Below the pieces are notes generated by a model. It did no database searches. It worked only from the letters and a program-made list of their open reading frames with translations, and had not been told where the DNA came from. This document shows positions 26,240 through 39,491 of a stretch of 64,000 bases of DNA, piece after piece. Each line of letters begins with the position of its first letter. Position 1 is the stretch's first letter. Source of the DNA: Octopus vulgaris (lineage: Eukaryota); the NCBI GenBank assembly GCA_951406725.2, contig OX597814.1, forward strand, positions 162,874,001 through 162,938,000, read 5' to 3'. Both the position numbers and the translations under genes were made by a program.

Positions 26240-26687
26240 CGAAAATAGAAATGCAAAGATCCTATGAGATTTTACGATTCAGTGCGACCATGAGATTGAG
26301 AATAAAAAGACGGACATAGTCTTAATTGAGAAAGAAAACAAACTATGCTGGATCATAGATATAGCATGCCCAGTTGACAACAAAGTATGCGATAAGGAAG
26401 AAAGTAATGTCGAGAGATATGACAGGTTAGCTTGGGAAGTTAAGCAGTTGTGGTCGATGAAAAAGATAGCAGTAGTACCAATAATTGTCGGAGCCCTGGG
26501 AACATTGAGCAAAAATCTCGAGAAGTACGTGGAACGAATAGGGGTTGCAATAAGTGTGGATCACTTGCAGAAAACAGCACTGCTTGGAACCGCTCGAATA
26601 CTCCAAGAGGTGTTTCTTTAGTTCACTGGTAGTGAACAGCTGACACTGTAGTACGTCTCCAGCGTTGGAAGCTGTGCAAAGGCAATA

Positions 26688-26690
<3 letters not shown>
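26240..26690 (+). pseudogene. R4/Dong-like LINE 3' fragment (REL endonuclease) ending in (TAA)n
   Basis: ENRNAKIL*DFTIQCDHEIENKKTDIVLIEK..CWIIDIACP.D....KEE...RY..LAWEVKQLW..VPIIVGALG..QKTALLGTARIL. Confidence 0.85.
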
Positions 26691-26750
<60 letters not shown>

Positions 26751-26754
<4 letters not shown>

Positions 26755-27385
26755 CCCTGATGGAGTACCAGGCAGTGGCTCTTATGGCTTCTGATCTTAA
26801 CTGATTAGAAGTGCTATTATGTACATTGTGTATGCCCTGATGTAGTACCAGGCAGTGGCTCTCATGACTTCTCATCTTAACTGATTGGAAGTGTTATCAT
26901 GTACATTGTTTTGTCTTGGTATAAAAGATGAGCTACAGCAAATATTCTGCTCAATACCACAGATTTGCTTGTCAGTTGTTTGACCTTAACCAGTTGAGCA
27001 TGTCTCTTGGCGGCTGACGATATGTGCATCTCTGATCACGAGCAGAAGTAGTGGAAGAGCATCATAGCCATGTGCTGAGAGGGATTCTTTGGAGTTTGAA
27101 TAATTCACCTCTGGAAACATGGGTGTTTCGTTCAACACTCTTAAACAACCCTTATTCAGGGACCTTTTGAGCGAGATGGGTTACTAGACCAGAAGAACAT
27201 TCTAACTGGGCCCCACCTGGAAGGTAATGTGCTATTTATCTTGATATGAGATCACCATGTCGCGCCCATATGGTTGTGATGCATGTGCTTGGTGTAGCCT
27301 TATCAGACGAGTAGTCATGATGGGTATACTGGGCTTCGTATATTTTACCCCAGTGTCACTTTGATGGCATGCACTGCTCTCTCAT
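26751..27385. mobile_element. ~630 bp non-coding repeat embedded in (TAA)n; partial copy at 26000-26238
   Basis: atgccctgat..agtaccaggcagtggctct.. recurs three times, and the element is bounded by (TAA)n on both sides. Confidence 0.6.
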
Positions 27386-27397
27386 AATAACAATAAC

Positions 27398-27483
<86 letters not shown>

Positions 27484-27705
27484 CAACATTCTTACCAATG
27501 ACTCAATACCAGAAAATTTGTAGGAGAGGCTTTAGTCGGCAGAAAGGTGAAATAGCCAAGTTGCTAAATTCTTCGATAAAGGCCGCATGGCGTTGTTATT
27601 GTTGAACCTAGGGCTATATTTTCTAGAGTATGTTTTGAGGGACATTTCGCTGCTATATCTACCAGTTCTAACGACCATGTAGAGGATTCTTCCTTGTATT
27701 ATTTC

Positions 27706-28254
27706 CCACAGAATCTAACCATTCTGTGGGACTTTCCAATACATACAGACCGAACCATCAAGACCAATAAACCAGATATTGTTGTGAAAGACCAAAACAA
27801 TAAAGTTTGCTTATTGATCGACATGAGCATCCCCTGTGATCATAATATCTCAGCGAAAGAGTTTGACAAGCTCAGAAAATATAAAGACCTACTCATTGAA
27901 ATTGAGAAAATGTGGCATCTCAAGGCGGTTACAATACCAGTGATCGTAGGAGCACTAGGAATGATCAAGAAGGGAACCGAAAATTATATGAGAATGATCC
28001 CTGGCTTACCATCCCTGCAAGAAGTGCAAAAGATTGTCTTAACTGGTACATCACACGTATTGAGAAGAGCATTGTCGATGTGAGAACTGTTGCTGCTCAT
28101 GTATTTTAATTTAACTTAAAAAAAAAAAAAAAAATTAACGAACTATTGAGTTTGGTTTAATGGCCTACCAATGTATACTATGAGTTTCTTTGCCCTAGGA
28201 GTCGGGAAGACACTCGGCAAGAAATGGAAGCAAATTTGAAAGAAGAAAAAAAAA

Positions 28255-28260
<6 letters not shown>
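27706..28260 (+). mobile_element. 5'-truncated R4/Dong-like LINE with intact REL C-terminus and 3' UTR
   Basis: Open ORF LTILWDFPIHTDRTIKTNKPDIVVKD..CLLIDMSIP.D.NISAKEFDKLRKYKDL..IPVIVGALG..QKIVLTGTSHVLRRALSM*, with a (TAA)n tail. Confidence 0.9.
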
Positions 28261-28291
<31 letters not shown>

Positions 28292-28769
28292 CATTCTTAC
28301 CAATGACTCAATACCAGAAAATTTGTAGGAGAGGCTTTAGTCGGCAGAAAGGTGAAATAGCCAAGTTGCTAAATTCTTCGATAAAGGCCGCATGGCGTTG
28401 TTATTGTTGAACCTAGGGCTATATTTTCTAAAGTATGTTTTGAGGGACATTTCGCTGCTATATCTACCAGTTCTAACGACCATGTAGAGGATTCTTCCTT
28501 GTATTATTTCAGTCGTTAGTGGAATATTTAAAGGTAATATAACGCAATGTATGTCTTACAACCGGGAACAAACAATGGCTTTTTATGTATAGAATTTCGG
28601 CGATCCTATTGCATGGCTCCTGAGGTGAATGACTTCAATCAAAATTTCTTATCGGTAAATGCTTTGTAAGAGTCAAATTTGATGGACAGAAACTGTATGT
28701 AAGTCATCGGGATTGGTTCTGATTCCTTTGAGTACTGACCTTAAATCATTATTCAGTTTTGCAATACCA

Positions 28770-29000
28770 GACGGCAGGGGGATGGGTGGCGACCCCTGTT
28801 GTACTCTTTCGCTCCAACTTTCTCTCACTCTTTCCTCCTGTTTCTTGTCCCCGACTTCCTACGCAACCGCTGAGCCTGGATGCGCTTTCTCTTCTGCGGG
28901 TCTTACGAAATAGCAAAGGACCACGTTTCGGACTTCTCCCACTACAGACAATCCCGAGGCGCGATCTTGCGAGCTCTGGGACGAAGACCGCTTCGCTCAA
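28770..29000 (+). mobile_element. SINE family B fragment with an alternative 3' part
   Basis: ggcagggggatgggtggcgacccctgttgtactctttcgc core, as in the 31018 and 32910 copies. Confidence 0.65.
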
Positions 29001-29185
29001 CAAACAAACAAGCAAACAAACAAACAAGCAGCAACAGTAACAACAGCAACAATAGCAACATTGAAATACCGATGTACATAGGCAGAGGCTTTACGTTTTT
29101 CTCTTGGATTCGATGTTGCACTATCTCAGTTGTTAAAGAACATGATGGGTTATCAAAACTTAGGTCTATATTGGCATGTGTATGT

Positions 29186-29276
<91 letters not shown>

Positions 29277-29587
29277 ATAATCAGAAACATTTCAAGTTGT
29301 TCACCACTGGAAAGAATTATGTTTCGAGGAAATCTTTTTTTCTTTTTACCCGATTCCTCTTTTCCCATTAAATATTTTAGTGCGTATGTGAGTGCGCATG
29401 TGGATGTGTGTGGGTGCGTGTGTATATGTGTGTATATGTGTGTGGGTGTGAGTGCGTGCGCGCGCGTGTGTGTGCGTGTGTGTGCATGCATAAATGCATA
29501 CATGCATATATTTATGCTGATATATATATGACAGTTTATACACACACACATACATACGTATATATGTATGTATATATGTATGTATGT

Positions 29588-29645
<58 letters not shown>

Positions 29646-30034
29646 ACACATATATACAGTTAAAGATAAATATTTTAAATTCTGCGAATACATACGTATA
29701 TAAAAATGTGTGTGTATATGTATATGTACATGTATGTATACATTTATCTGTACATACACACATATACATATGCATATATATAAGTGTGTGTATATATATA
29801 TACATACATATACATATATAAATGTATGTGTATGTGTGTATGTGTGTGTGTGTGCGCGTGTGTGTAGTGGGGTAAACTCTTTTTTTTTATTGTCATTCAA
29901 TTTCAGTAATTCTGGAAAAGGTTATCTACGGTCGTATTTTTAGTTACCAGTTTCCATTAAACCTTACGGGGAAACGAATTGATCTTGAAAATAAAACATA
30001 AACACTTTGAAATATTCACAAAAATTAAACGCAA

Positions 30035-30102
<68 letters not shown>

Positions 30103-30795
30103 ACACACATACACACATGCAACCACACACATAGATATGCTTACGTAGGTATGTCAGCATGCACATATATGCGTGTGCGTGTGCATACACACAAACATAT
30201 ACACACACTCACACACACATACACACATACGTATGCATATGAATATGTGTGCATGTATGTAATGTACTTATGTACTTATCTATCAACATATATTTGATAT
30301 GATTTTCATTTATAATATTTATTCATGTGTGTGTGTGTGTGTGTGTAATCTTACAGAGCGCCCTCTCCCCACTACGGAGTTTTAACCTCCAGCTAGTGCT
30401 GATACAGGATATCAGCGTACATACTCTCCATCTTTGTCCTCATATAAACTAACCTTTATAGCAGTTGAGAGAAAATGCATCGCTAAGAAGGCCTAACACG
30501 GTCGAAACATGTCCATCTGGCTACAAAGGAAAAATTCGCTCACTCCAACTGTACTGTCTTCATTTACAAATATTCAAGTAAATTTGATACGCTTGTATGT
30601 CAATTAAATAAGTTTACATATATCATGCCTTGATACTGTGTTGATGGTCGTCGGATATTAAACAGTGAGTTAAAACTCAAATGCAAATTGGTAGTTCCAA
30701 TTCTCTGGTGCCACTAGATTTAGTGTGTATATAAACGGATGAGTATATAAACACAGCTACGTATTTCTCTGGGATGGATCAAGTGATGTAAACAC

Positions 30796-30835
30796 CTCTG
30801 ATGAAATCTCAATAAGAATCGAAAATCGATTACAG
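30796..30835 (+). ncRNA. Degenerate hammerhead motif
   Basis: CTGATGA-aatctcaataagaatc-GAAA-ATCGAT-TA. Stems I and II are imperfect. Confidence 0.45.
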
Positions 30836-31017
30836 CTCGTCGTAATTTTTCAGTCTACGGAGAAAAATGCAAATTTGACCTCTTCTCATGCCTATTACGT
30901 AGGTTTATACACAAACACATACACACGTGTGTTTGTGTGTGTAGTTCAAATGTACAGAAGACAAAGACAGGTGATATATATATATATATATATATATTTA
31001 ATTTTATTATTTTTATT

Positions 31018-31322
31018 TATGCGCCCTTTTCAAGCCTAGCCAGGCTCATGGGCCCGGTTTCCCGGTTTCTGTGGCGTATGTGTTCCCCACAGCTGGACGG
31101 AGCACCAGTCCATTGCAGCGTTACTCAAGAAACAGGAAGAGAGAGTGAGAAAGTTGGGGCGAAAGAGTACAACAGGGGTCGCCACCCCCACCTGCCGGAG
31201 CCTCGTGGAGCTTTAGGTGTTTTCGCGCACATAAACACACACAACGCTCGGTCTGGGAATCGAAACCGTAATCCTCCGACCGCGAGCCCGCTGCCCTAAC
31301 CACTGGCTCCTTGCGCCTCCAC
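31018..31322 (-). mobile_element. SINE family B
   Basis: Reverse-complement head gtggaggcgcaagg..agtggttagggc and the tail shared with 5927-6187. Confidence 0.85.
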
Positions 31323-31468
31323 ACACACACACACACATATATATATCCATTAGGTAATGTCAAATACATATATTGTATAAATAATACGATACTGATGAGG
31401 TTTGTCTTTGGCTCATTACGAACTGTATATATACGAATGATTCGAACTCCGAACAGGCTAAAATGCAA

Positions 31469-31584
<116 letters not shown>

Positions 31585-32000
31585 AAACAAACAAACAAAC
31601 AAACAAAAGAAAAACAATAAAAACTCGACCACAACTTGCGCACTGACACCTGAAAAATCTACAATTCAACTAACACATGCTGTCTTGCGAATTATACAAA
31701 CAAAATTCTTCATGTGTGTATTTATATGTGTTTATGTACACACAATCCCAAATATTCTGGCTTCAACCAATTAAATTTACATAAACACATCCAGAAACAC
31801 CTGAATTCCAGATGCCCTTACGCGCGTATGCAGAGGGGTGGGGGACATACTTGTAAAATACATACACACTAAAGCATATTCCCATTTCTAAGAACCACAC
31901 CAAAATCGATCAACCATGATGCCATAATACATATTTTATAATAGAACCATCCTTAATTAGTTGCACCGTTAATTTCACTTCTCCAAAGCATCTTTGTGAA

Positions 32001-32407
32001 CAGAAGAGGTGGTTGTGTGGTAAGCAGCTTGTTTACCAACCACATGGTTCCGGGTTCAGTCCCACTGTGTGGCACCTTGGGCAAGTGTCTTCTACTATAG
32101 CCTCAGGCCGACCAAAGCCTTGTGAGTGGATTTGGTGGATGGAAACTGAAAAAAGCCCGTCGTATATATGTATATACATATATGTTTGTGTGTCTGTGTT
32201 TGTCCCCCCCCCCCCCAACATCGCTTGACAACTGATGCTGGTGTGTTTACGTCCTGTAACTTAGCGGTTCGACAAAAGAGACCGATAGAGTAAGTACTAG
32301 GCATACAAAGAATAAGTTCTGGGGTCGATTTGTTCGACTAAAGGCGGTGCTCTAGCATGGCCGCAGTCAAATGACTGAAACAAGTAAAAGAGTAAAAGAG
32401 TAAAGAT
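32001..32407 (+). mobile_element. SINE family A
   Basis: Homology to other copies and an (aaagagt)n tail. Confidence 0.9.
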
Positions 32408-32557
32408 AATGTCACAACAACTTAAGAAACGAACTGTCTTAAATAAATCTAAGGTCTTTTATCTTGTTTCATGACTGCGACCATGCTGGGGCACCACCCT
32501 AAAGGGTTTTGTCGAACAAGTCAACACCAGTACTATTTTAATATAAGATAATCTTAC

Positions 32558-32883
32558 TGTGGAGGCGCATGGCTTGGTGGTTAGGATATTTGGCTCACGG
32601 TCGTGAGTTCAATTCCCGGCGACATGTTGTGTCCTTGAGCAAAACACTTTATTTCACGTTGCTCCAGTTCACTCATCTGCCAAAAATGAGTAGTACCTGT
32701 ATTTCAAACGGCCAGTCTTGTCACATTCTGTCTCATGCTGAATCTCTTTGAGAACTACATTAAGGGTACGTGTGTCTGTGGATGGCTCAGCCACTTGCAA
32801 GTTAATTTCATGAACAAGCTGTTCCGTTGGTCAGATTAACTGGAACCCTCGTCTTTTTAACCGACAATAACCGACAGAGTGCC
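32558..32883 (+). mobile_element. SINE family B head with a different body/tail
   Basis: gtggaggcgcatggcttggtggttagg head. An approximate TSD agataa[t/c]cttac flanks it. Confidence 0.7.
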
Positions 32884-32909
32884 AGATAACCTTACCTAAG
32901 CGTTATCTT

Positions 32910-33212
32910 TTAGTTTTTATTTATACGCCCTTTTCAAGCCTAGCCAGCCTCCGGTTTCTGTAGCGTTTGTGTTCTCCCCAGCTGGACGGGATGCCAGTCC
33001 ATTGCAGCGTTACCCAAGAAACAGGAAGAAAGGGTGAGAGAAAGTTGTGGCGATAGAGTACAACAGGGGTCGCCACCACCCCCTGCCGGAGCCTCGTGGA
33101 GCTTTAGGTGTTTTCGCTCAATAAACACGCACAACGCCCGCTCTGAGAATCGAAACCGCGATCCTCCGACCGCGAGTCCGCTGCCCTAACCACTGGGCCA
33201 TTGCGCCTCCAC
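32910..33212 (-). mobile_element. SINE family B
   Basis: TSD aagcgttatct at 32898-32908 and 33213-33223. Confidence 0.85.
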
Positions 33213-33546
33213 AAGCGTTATCTACAACCACGTTATCTCGTGCCAATACATAGTCATCCTTGAGCGACGGAGGCCCCTAGTTTCGATAATCTGTCAATGT
33301 CTTTACTTATAGGATTCATTTTGAGCAGATGAAATGAAATTACCTACATGTCATGCTTGTTTATATCTATGAAAACATTGCTTAATATGTGCTTGCATCT
33401 TTAACCTTTTACCTGTCCAAAGCATTTTCATAAATTTGTGTTAAACGCCTGTGCTTGCTTCCAAATTTTTAGTTAGCACCTTTTGCCTAGGTTTTAGAGT
33501 AATATAAAGCTTTTCTACCATAAATTACATTAGTATTTACAAAACA

Positions 33547-33941
33547 AAGGCGACAAGCTGGCAGAATCGTTAGCACACTGGGCGAAATGCTCAGCAGTAT
33601 TTTGTCTGTCGCTACGTTCTGAGTTCAAATTCCGTTCATCTATCCTTTCGGGATAGATTAAATAAGTACCAGTTACGCACTGGAGTCGATATAATCGACT
33701 TAATCTGTTTGTCTGTCTTGTTTGTCCTCTCTGTGTTTATCTTCTTGTGGGTAGTAAAGAAAAAGGTATTTCGTCTGCCGTTAAGTTCTGAGTTCAAATT
33801 CCGCCGAGGTCTACTTTGATTTTCATCCTTTCGGGTTCGATTTACCAGTTACGGACTGGGGTCGATGTAATCGACTTAATCCGTTTGTCTGTCCTTATTT
33901 GTCCCCTCTGTGTTTAGCCCCTTGTGGGTAGTAGAGAAATA
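33547..33941 (+). mobile_element. SINE family C head-to-tail dimer
   Basis: aaggcg..agctggcagaa head with core ctttcatcctttcggggtcga..agtaccagt. TSD agtatttacaaaaca at 33532-33546 and 33942-33956. Confidence 0.85.
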
Positions 33942-34330
33942 AGTATTTACAAAACATTGAGAATACCAGGAAACATGTCCTGTGTTTCACGTGTGATACA
34001 GAGAACAGGCAAAGGGTTAAGACTGATGTGTGTATTTCCAGATATTTTACATATTTCTCAAGCAGATCGAGAGACAACATAGCAGTTTCTCGTTGGATTG
34101 GTTTCCATAATATTGACTGTTTTATTTTTATTTTATCTTTTTTTTAGCACCAGGTCAAATCGGATCGAACAAACCTATGATCAAAACCATTACACCGGTG
34201 TATCATCTTAGAATTATGTTCGACCTCACTATCTTGTGTATTTTCTTTTTTCTTAAAGATGGCAGTGAGATTTTCCACGCAGATTGTGTTACCATATCAA
34301 GTTAATCTCGTAATTACGCAGAGTTGATTT

Positions 34331-34720
34331 ACTCTTTGCTCTTTTACTCTTTTACTTGTTTCAGTCATTTGACTGCGGCCATGCTGGAGCACCGCCTTTA
34401 GTCGAGCAAATCGACCCCAGGACATATTCTTTGTATGCCTAGTACTTATTCTATCGGTTTCTTTTGCCGAACCGCTAAGTAACGGGGACATAAACACACC
34501 AGCATCGGTTGTCAAGCGACGTATGGGGGACAAACACAGACACACACACATATACATATATACGACAGGCTTCTTTCAGTTTACGTCTACCAAATCCACT
34601 CACAAGGCTTTGGTCGGCCCGAGGCTATAGTAGAAGACACTCGCCCAAGGTGCCATGCAGTGGGACTGAACCCGGAACCATGCGGTTGGTAAGCAAGCTA
34701 CTTACCACACAGTCATTCCT
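34331..34720 (-). mobile_element. SINE family A
   Basis: Reverse-complement homology. Confidence 0.9.
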
Positions 34721-35009
34721 TGGTTTAAGAACAATGAATGTTGTTATTGTTGTTTAACCACTCATTAGACATAATCAAGCAGAATTATGGTCATACTTAT
34801 AGCAGTCTTAAGAATCCAGTCTTTTTACATGTCTAGGACTACATCGTGGGCTTTAAATTTGCTATTCCCTTTTTCAAACGAAAGGCTGTGTTTTCTGGGA
34901 GATTTGGCTGCAATTTCTAGCCGTTCGAGTCCAGTGCAGAAATAAGTCGAACATCTCGTGATTAGAAATATTCTATTCATGGCCAACTAGCTTTTAATAT
35001 ATCAGGGAC

Positions 35010-35425
35010 TAAGGCGGTGAGCTTGCAGCATCGTTACTGCTTAGCAGTATTTCTTCCGACTTTACGTCCTGGGTTCAAATGCCGCCGGGGTTTACTTTGC
35101 CTTCCATTTCTTTCGAGGGTCGATAAAATAAGTACCAATTGATTACTGGGGTCGATATAATCGACTTATCCCTCCCCTGAAATTGCTGGCCTTGTGCTAA
35201 AATTTGAAATCAATATCTCAGGGTCTATAAGGCGGTGAACTGGCAGAATCGTTAGCACGTCGGACAAAATGCTTAGCGCTTTAGGCTCTGAGTTCAAATT
35301 CCGCCGAGGTCCCTTTGCCTTTTATCCCTTTTCGGGGGTCGATAAAAGAAGTACTAGTTGAGCACAGGGTTCGATCTAATCGACTTACTCCGCCTACAAA
35401 CTTGCTGGCTTTATATGAAACCAGT
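35010..35425 (+). mobile_element. Two adjacent SINE family C copies with the gaaattgctggccttgtg tail
   Basis: Heads at 35010 and 35229. Confidence 0.8.
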
Positions 35426-35967
35426 AAATCATTCCATTTTTCAGATGGTAGGATATAAATATTTGTCTACTCTTTCTACCAGGTTCAACGACCGCTGAGA
35501 TTATCTTCGTTGAACATAGATGTGGCATCGTAAGAATGTGGGAGGTGTTCGTACAGAGGTAAACACACAGCTTTTAAGAGACGAGTTGGAGGTAACGGAC
35601 AGTATTGACATAAAGAGAGCATGAGAGGTGAAGAGACAGAAAGAGAGTGAAAGAGAACAAGTAGTTGGTATTCATAGAAGCCGTAGGGAAGAAGAGAAAG
35701 AAGGAGATGTTGATGTGAATATGGAGAAGAAATTACTCTAAAAGTGTTGAGTGAGCATCTATAAAATGTGATGGGTGTATATGTCGAAAGGTGAGCAGGA
35801 AACCACAGTGTTAAATGAATTGGAGTATATATATGAGAACGTGTACACATACATGTCTATATTATATAATCACAATATACATATTATACGCATATATTAT
35901 ATAATTTATGTGTATAATACATACACACATATATATATATGTGTGTGTGTACACATACACACACATA

Positions 35968-36343
35968 TCTTTATATATAAAAGTGAAGTTGTGTGTCTGT
36001 CTCCTACGATTTAGATTCCTAACTACTCCCACATTTTGCGGTGCAGCTTAACCAAAACCGGGTATCTTATAGTCGTGATTCATATCAAGCCCTTCTGGGT
36101 ATTAGCGCGCGTCTACGATGAGTCTGCGATTTAAAAAAAAAATTACCATCATTTTAATGCATTTTTTCGCTATTATATAAGGGAAGTAACTCTCTAAAAA
36201 TGTCTACGATGAGTCAACGATTTTTAAAAAAAATACCATCATTTTTTTTCCATTTTTAATGCATTTTTTTGCTATAACTCTCTAAAAATGCTTATATAGT
36301 TATTTCCCTTACAAACCCGAGCAACGCTGGGCGATACTGCTAG
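35968..36343 (+). mobile_element. Non-autonomous Helitron (same family as 8969-9368)
   Basis: A|TC...cccgagcaacgctggg...CTAG|T. Confidence 0.85.
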
Positions 36344-36352
36344 TATATATAT

Positions 36353-36410
<58 letters not shown>

Positions 36411-36849
36411 CATACATATATAAATGTGTGTTTGTGTGTCTGTGTGTATACACGCTCAGATATATGTACATGCGAGAGATAGAACGGGGTATAGAAAAGA
36501 GCGAGATTGTGTGTTGATGAGAAGAAAGAAAAGGACTCTGTCCCTCACATTACAGATACTCGTAATACTTGCCGAACGAGACTAAAAAAGAAGTCGAAAA
36601 AGAAATTAAAGTTGAAACTAAATTTATGTAACAGTGGATAGAAAGAAGAGGATAGGGAGAAAGTGAGTGACGCTAACAGAAAGAATGTCAAATAACATGG
36701 CTTCTCCGTTTCCTTCATTTTCTTCGTCTATCTGACGTTTCTCAGAAACCTTTACTTCATATCTCTGTCGTTATATTTTTTCTTAGATATGGTTTGATTA
36801 TTCTTTTTTTTAATGAAAAATAACAACACAAACAATAACAATAAAGCTA

Positions 36850-37500
36850 ATTCTTCTTATCATCCTGTTTTGAATGGTTCTGTGCGAGTTTCTGGTGCAG
36901 GCCGCGAGGCAGCTCTGTGTTCCTGAGACGCATGAAGCATTGCCTTTTGGCTAATGCAGAATAGTGTTTATTTGCTGTATCAATTTGCTTTGTTGTTTTG
37001 AGGATTTGTTCTGTTGTTGTTGTCGTTGTTGTAGTATTTTCTTTTTCTTTCTGGAGGTGGGCAGATATTTTTAATGTTTTGTTTGTTGAGTAGAATGTTG
37101 AAAAAGTGATTACGTGTTTTAGTGTTTGTGTAATGATTGTATTGAATACGTGCTGTGTGAGTTGTGTCATATCATTTATTATAAAGTGCCAACTGTATAA
37201 GCTGTACGTTGCAAGAGTTGTTAATGACGTGTCGCTCATGATGTATTATCGCTTGTCGATTATGTAAAAGTTTGTGTTGTTATTTCATTGGATGTTGGAT
37301 GTGTGAAGCTGTGCAATTTATTGAGTTGAGTTCCTGAAGAGGTGTGTGTATTGCAAGGGAAACGCGGAGAGAACTGTGGAACTGTGCAATTGAATTGAAA
37401 GTATCTTGCGTAGGTTGTAGGCTATGTAAGACTTACAGGGTTTTTGTTTGGACAGTGTGAAGAACTATGATTCCTGATATATTTTTTAATGCTTTCGTTC
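36850..37500 (-). pseudogene. Possible highly degraded PLE GIY-YIG region (Naiad-like)
   Basis: Only weak motif echoes (H..TF....T.KIS.H, IDTA..Y...KRQCFMRL). Confidence 0.25.
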
Positions 37501-37638
37501 ATGTTCTTCATCATACATAGTGCTCTACTTATTTTTGTACTGTTTTCTCATTCATACATCACCACATCCGGCTTATTTCAGTTTCATGATCCTTGTACAT
37601 AGAGTGTTTTCGATTTCCTTCTGGGCGATTATTAATTA

Positions 37639-37987
37639 CTAGCACTATGACCCGGTGTTTAGTGCATGCATATACAGCTGCGTGTGTGCACACATACACG
37701 CGAGTACTGTCCAAATCTCCGACCAATCACATACATCTAGCTGGCATTCAATTGGCGTATCAAGTTTCGGGCATTTTGATTGGGTTTTGGATAGAAAATT
37801 CACGAAAAAGTCACTTCTATTGAATTTTTAATGGCTTTGCGGGGTGACTGGGGAAATGTAAAGATGTGCATGACCACCCTTGGACGGTTTTGAACGACCA
37901 TAGAAAGTGCGAGCCCTCTAACTGAAAAATTGTGGATTTGTATAAAGGACACACACGCAGCCGTTTTGCCGTTTATATATATAGAGA
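37639..37987 (-). mobile_element. Second non-autonomous Helitron family
   Basis: The minus strand reads A|TCTCTATATATATAAACGG ... accgggtcatagtgCTAG|T. Confidence 0.7.
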
Positions 37988-39491
37988 TAGCCATTTAACT
38001 GTACTAGCGAAAGAAAAGAATTGTATTGTACATATATCAAAATAAATTAGCGACTGAGGATACTGAACAAATGAGCGAAGGACATTTTTGTCATTCTCTC
38101 CGTATCTCAGAAATATTTATCTAGCGAGTCCATTGTTACGAGAGAACTGCAACGCCAAATATTTGCGAAATTCATTATGAAGGTCCGACAAAGCGTGTGT
38201 TAATTTCTGCTTGTATTGTCATTGTTCTATCACAAATCTTTTGGTGTTAGAGTGACGCTAGCATTAACGTTTCTGGTTCACGTAGTGCAGTGCCTGCTCC
38301 ATCCACAAAACCAAAGAAATGCGCCCTCTTAACAAAGGTTACAGGTGGTCTGAGTTTCTTGAATATACCTTCAAAATCTTCTTGTTGCTTAGACTGACTT
38401 TCATATGTCTTGTGGAGATGCATCAAAATGTTACCGTGTGCTTTACTTTTCCTGAATTTTTCTCGTAATCTTTTTGAAATTTATAGTCCTTGCTTCTTGC
38501 AGTCATACGGCCATATTTTTACTATGATTTAGTTATTATATGAAGGCTCTTTTAAATACATACTTTCATTGTTATTCTAGATGTGTGTGTGCATGTATGT
38601 GTGACTCTGTGCGTGTGTGTGTGTGTGTGTGTGTGTGCGTGTATGTATGTGTGACTGTGTGTGCGTGTGTGTGTTTGACGATATCATCACTGTCTCTGTT
38701 GTAATTGTTACTGTGGTTGCTTCATCTATTATCAATGATGTCCACAAATAAATTAATGTTTCTAGTTTTAGTATTATCTTTATTTGTCATTCTGTAGTTG
38801 TTGCTGCAATTGTTGTTCGTGTAAATATTGTTAAATGGACATGTTATTCGCAATACATAACATATTTGTATTTTTTTTTACTCTCGCCCATAGAAAGTAG
38901 TTGACCACCACTGCTGTAGGTATCATTTCTACCTTCAACACCATAGCAATGTTGATACATAAATGAATTTGTGTTGTGGCGGCGAGCTGCTAACGATTCT
39001 ACCAGCTCACTACCTTAGACAATAATTTTTTCCAATAGTTAACTTTTTAGTGGATTATTGAAAGCATTTATGAGAAAATGTATTATCTTCAGACGAGAGA
39101 GATTTGGACTTGCGATAGGTGAAGTACTAGTGTTAAACCAGCTTATGGATTAAAGGTACTTTACAAGAACAGTTCTCAGTTCGTCCCAGGGTCTTCAACA
39201 AAGTTTTTGTTGACTGAGTTTCATTTACAAGTTTTAAAGATTGGTCTGAGGCTATGCTAAAAGATACACAACAAAGTGTCAGGCAGTTGGATCGAAACCA
39301 GGACCATACAAAACCAATAATCTGGAAGGGGCAGCAGTCAGTTAAATCAACCCTAGTAATTGATAAGTACTTTGTTCCATCAACCCCAGAAGAGTGAAAG
39401 GTAAAGTCGATCTCGATGGGATTTGAACTCAGAAAGTAAAGAGCTGATACAATTTCGTTCGCACGATTTTGTCAAATCACGTCTTCATATA

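Noticed and set aside
32362-32407. SINE A tail agtc-aaat-gact-GAAA-caag-TA as half hammerhead
   Set aside because: No CUGANGA precedes it in any copy. It is better explained as an RTE-like 3' stem-loop with tandem tail.
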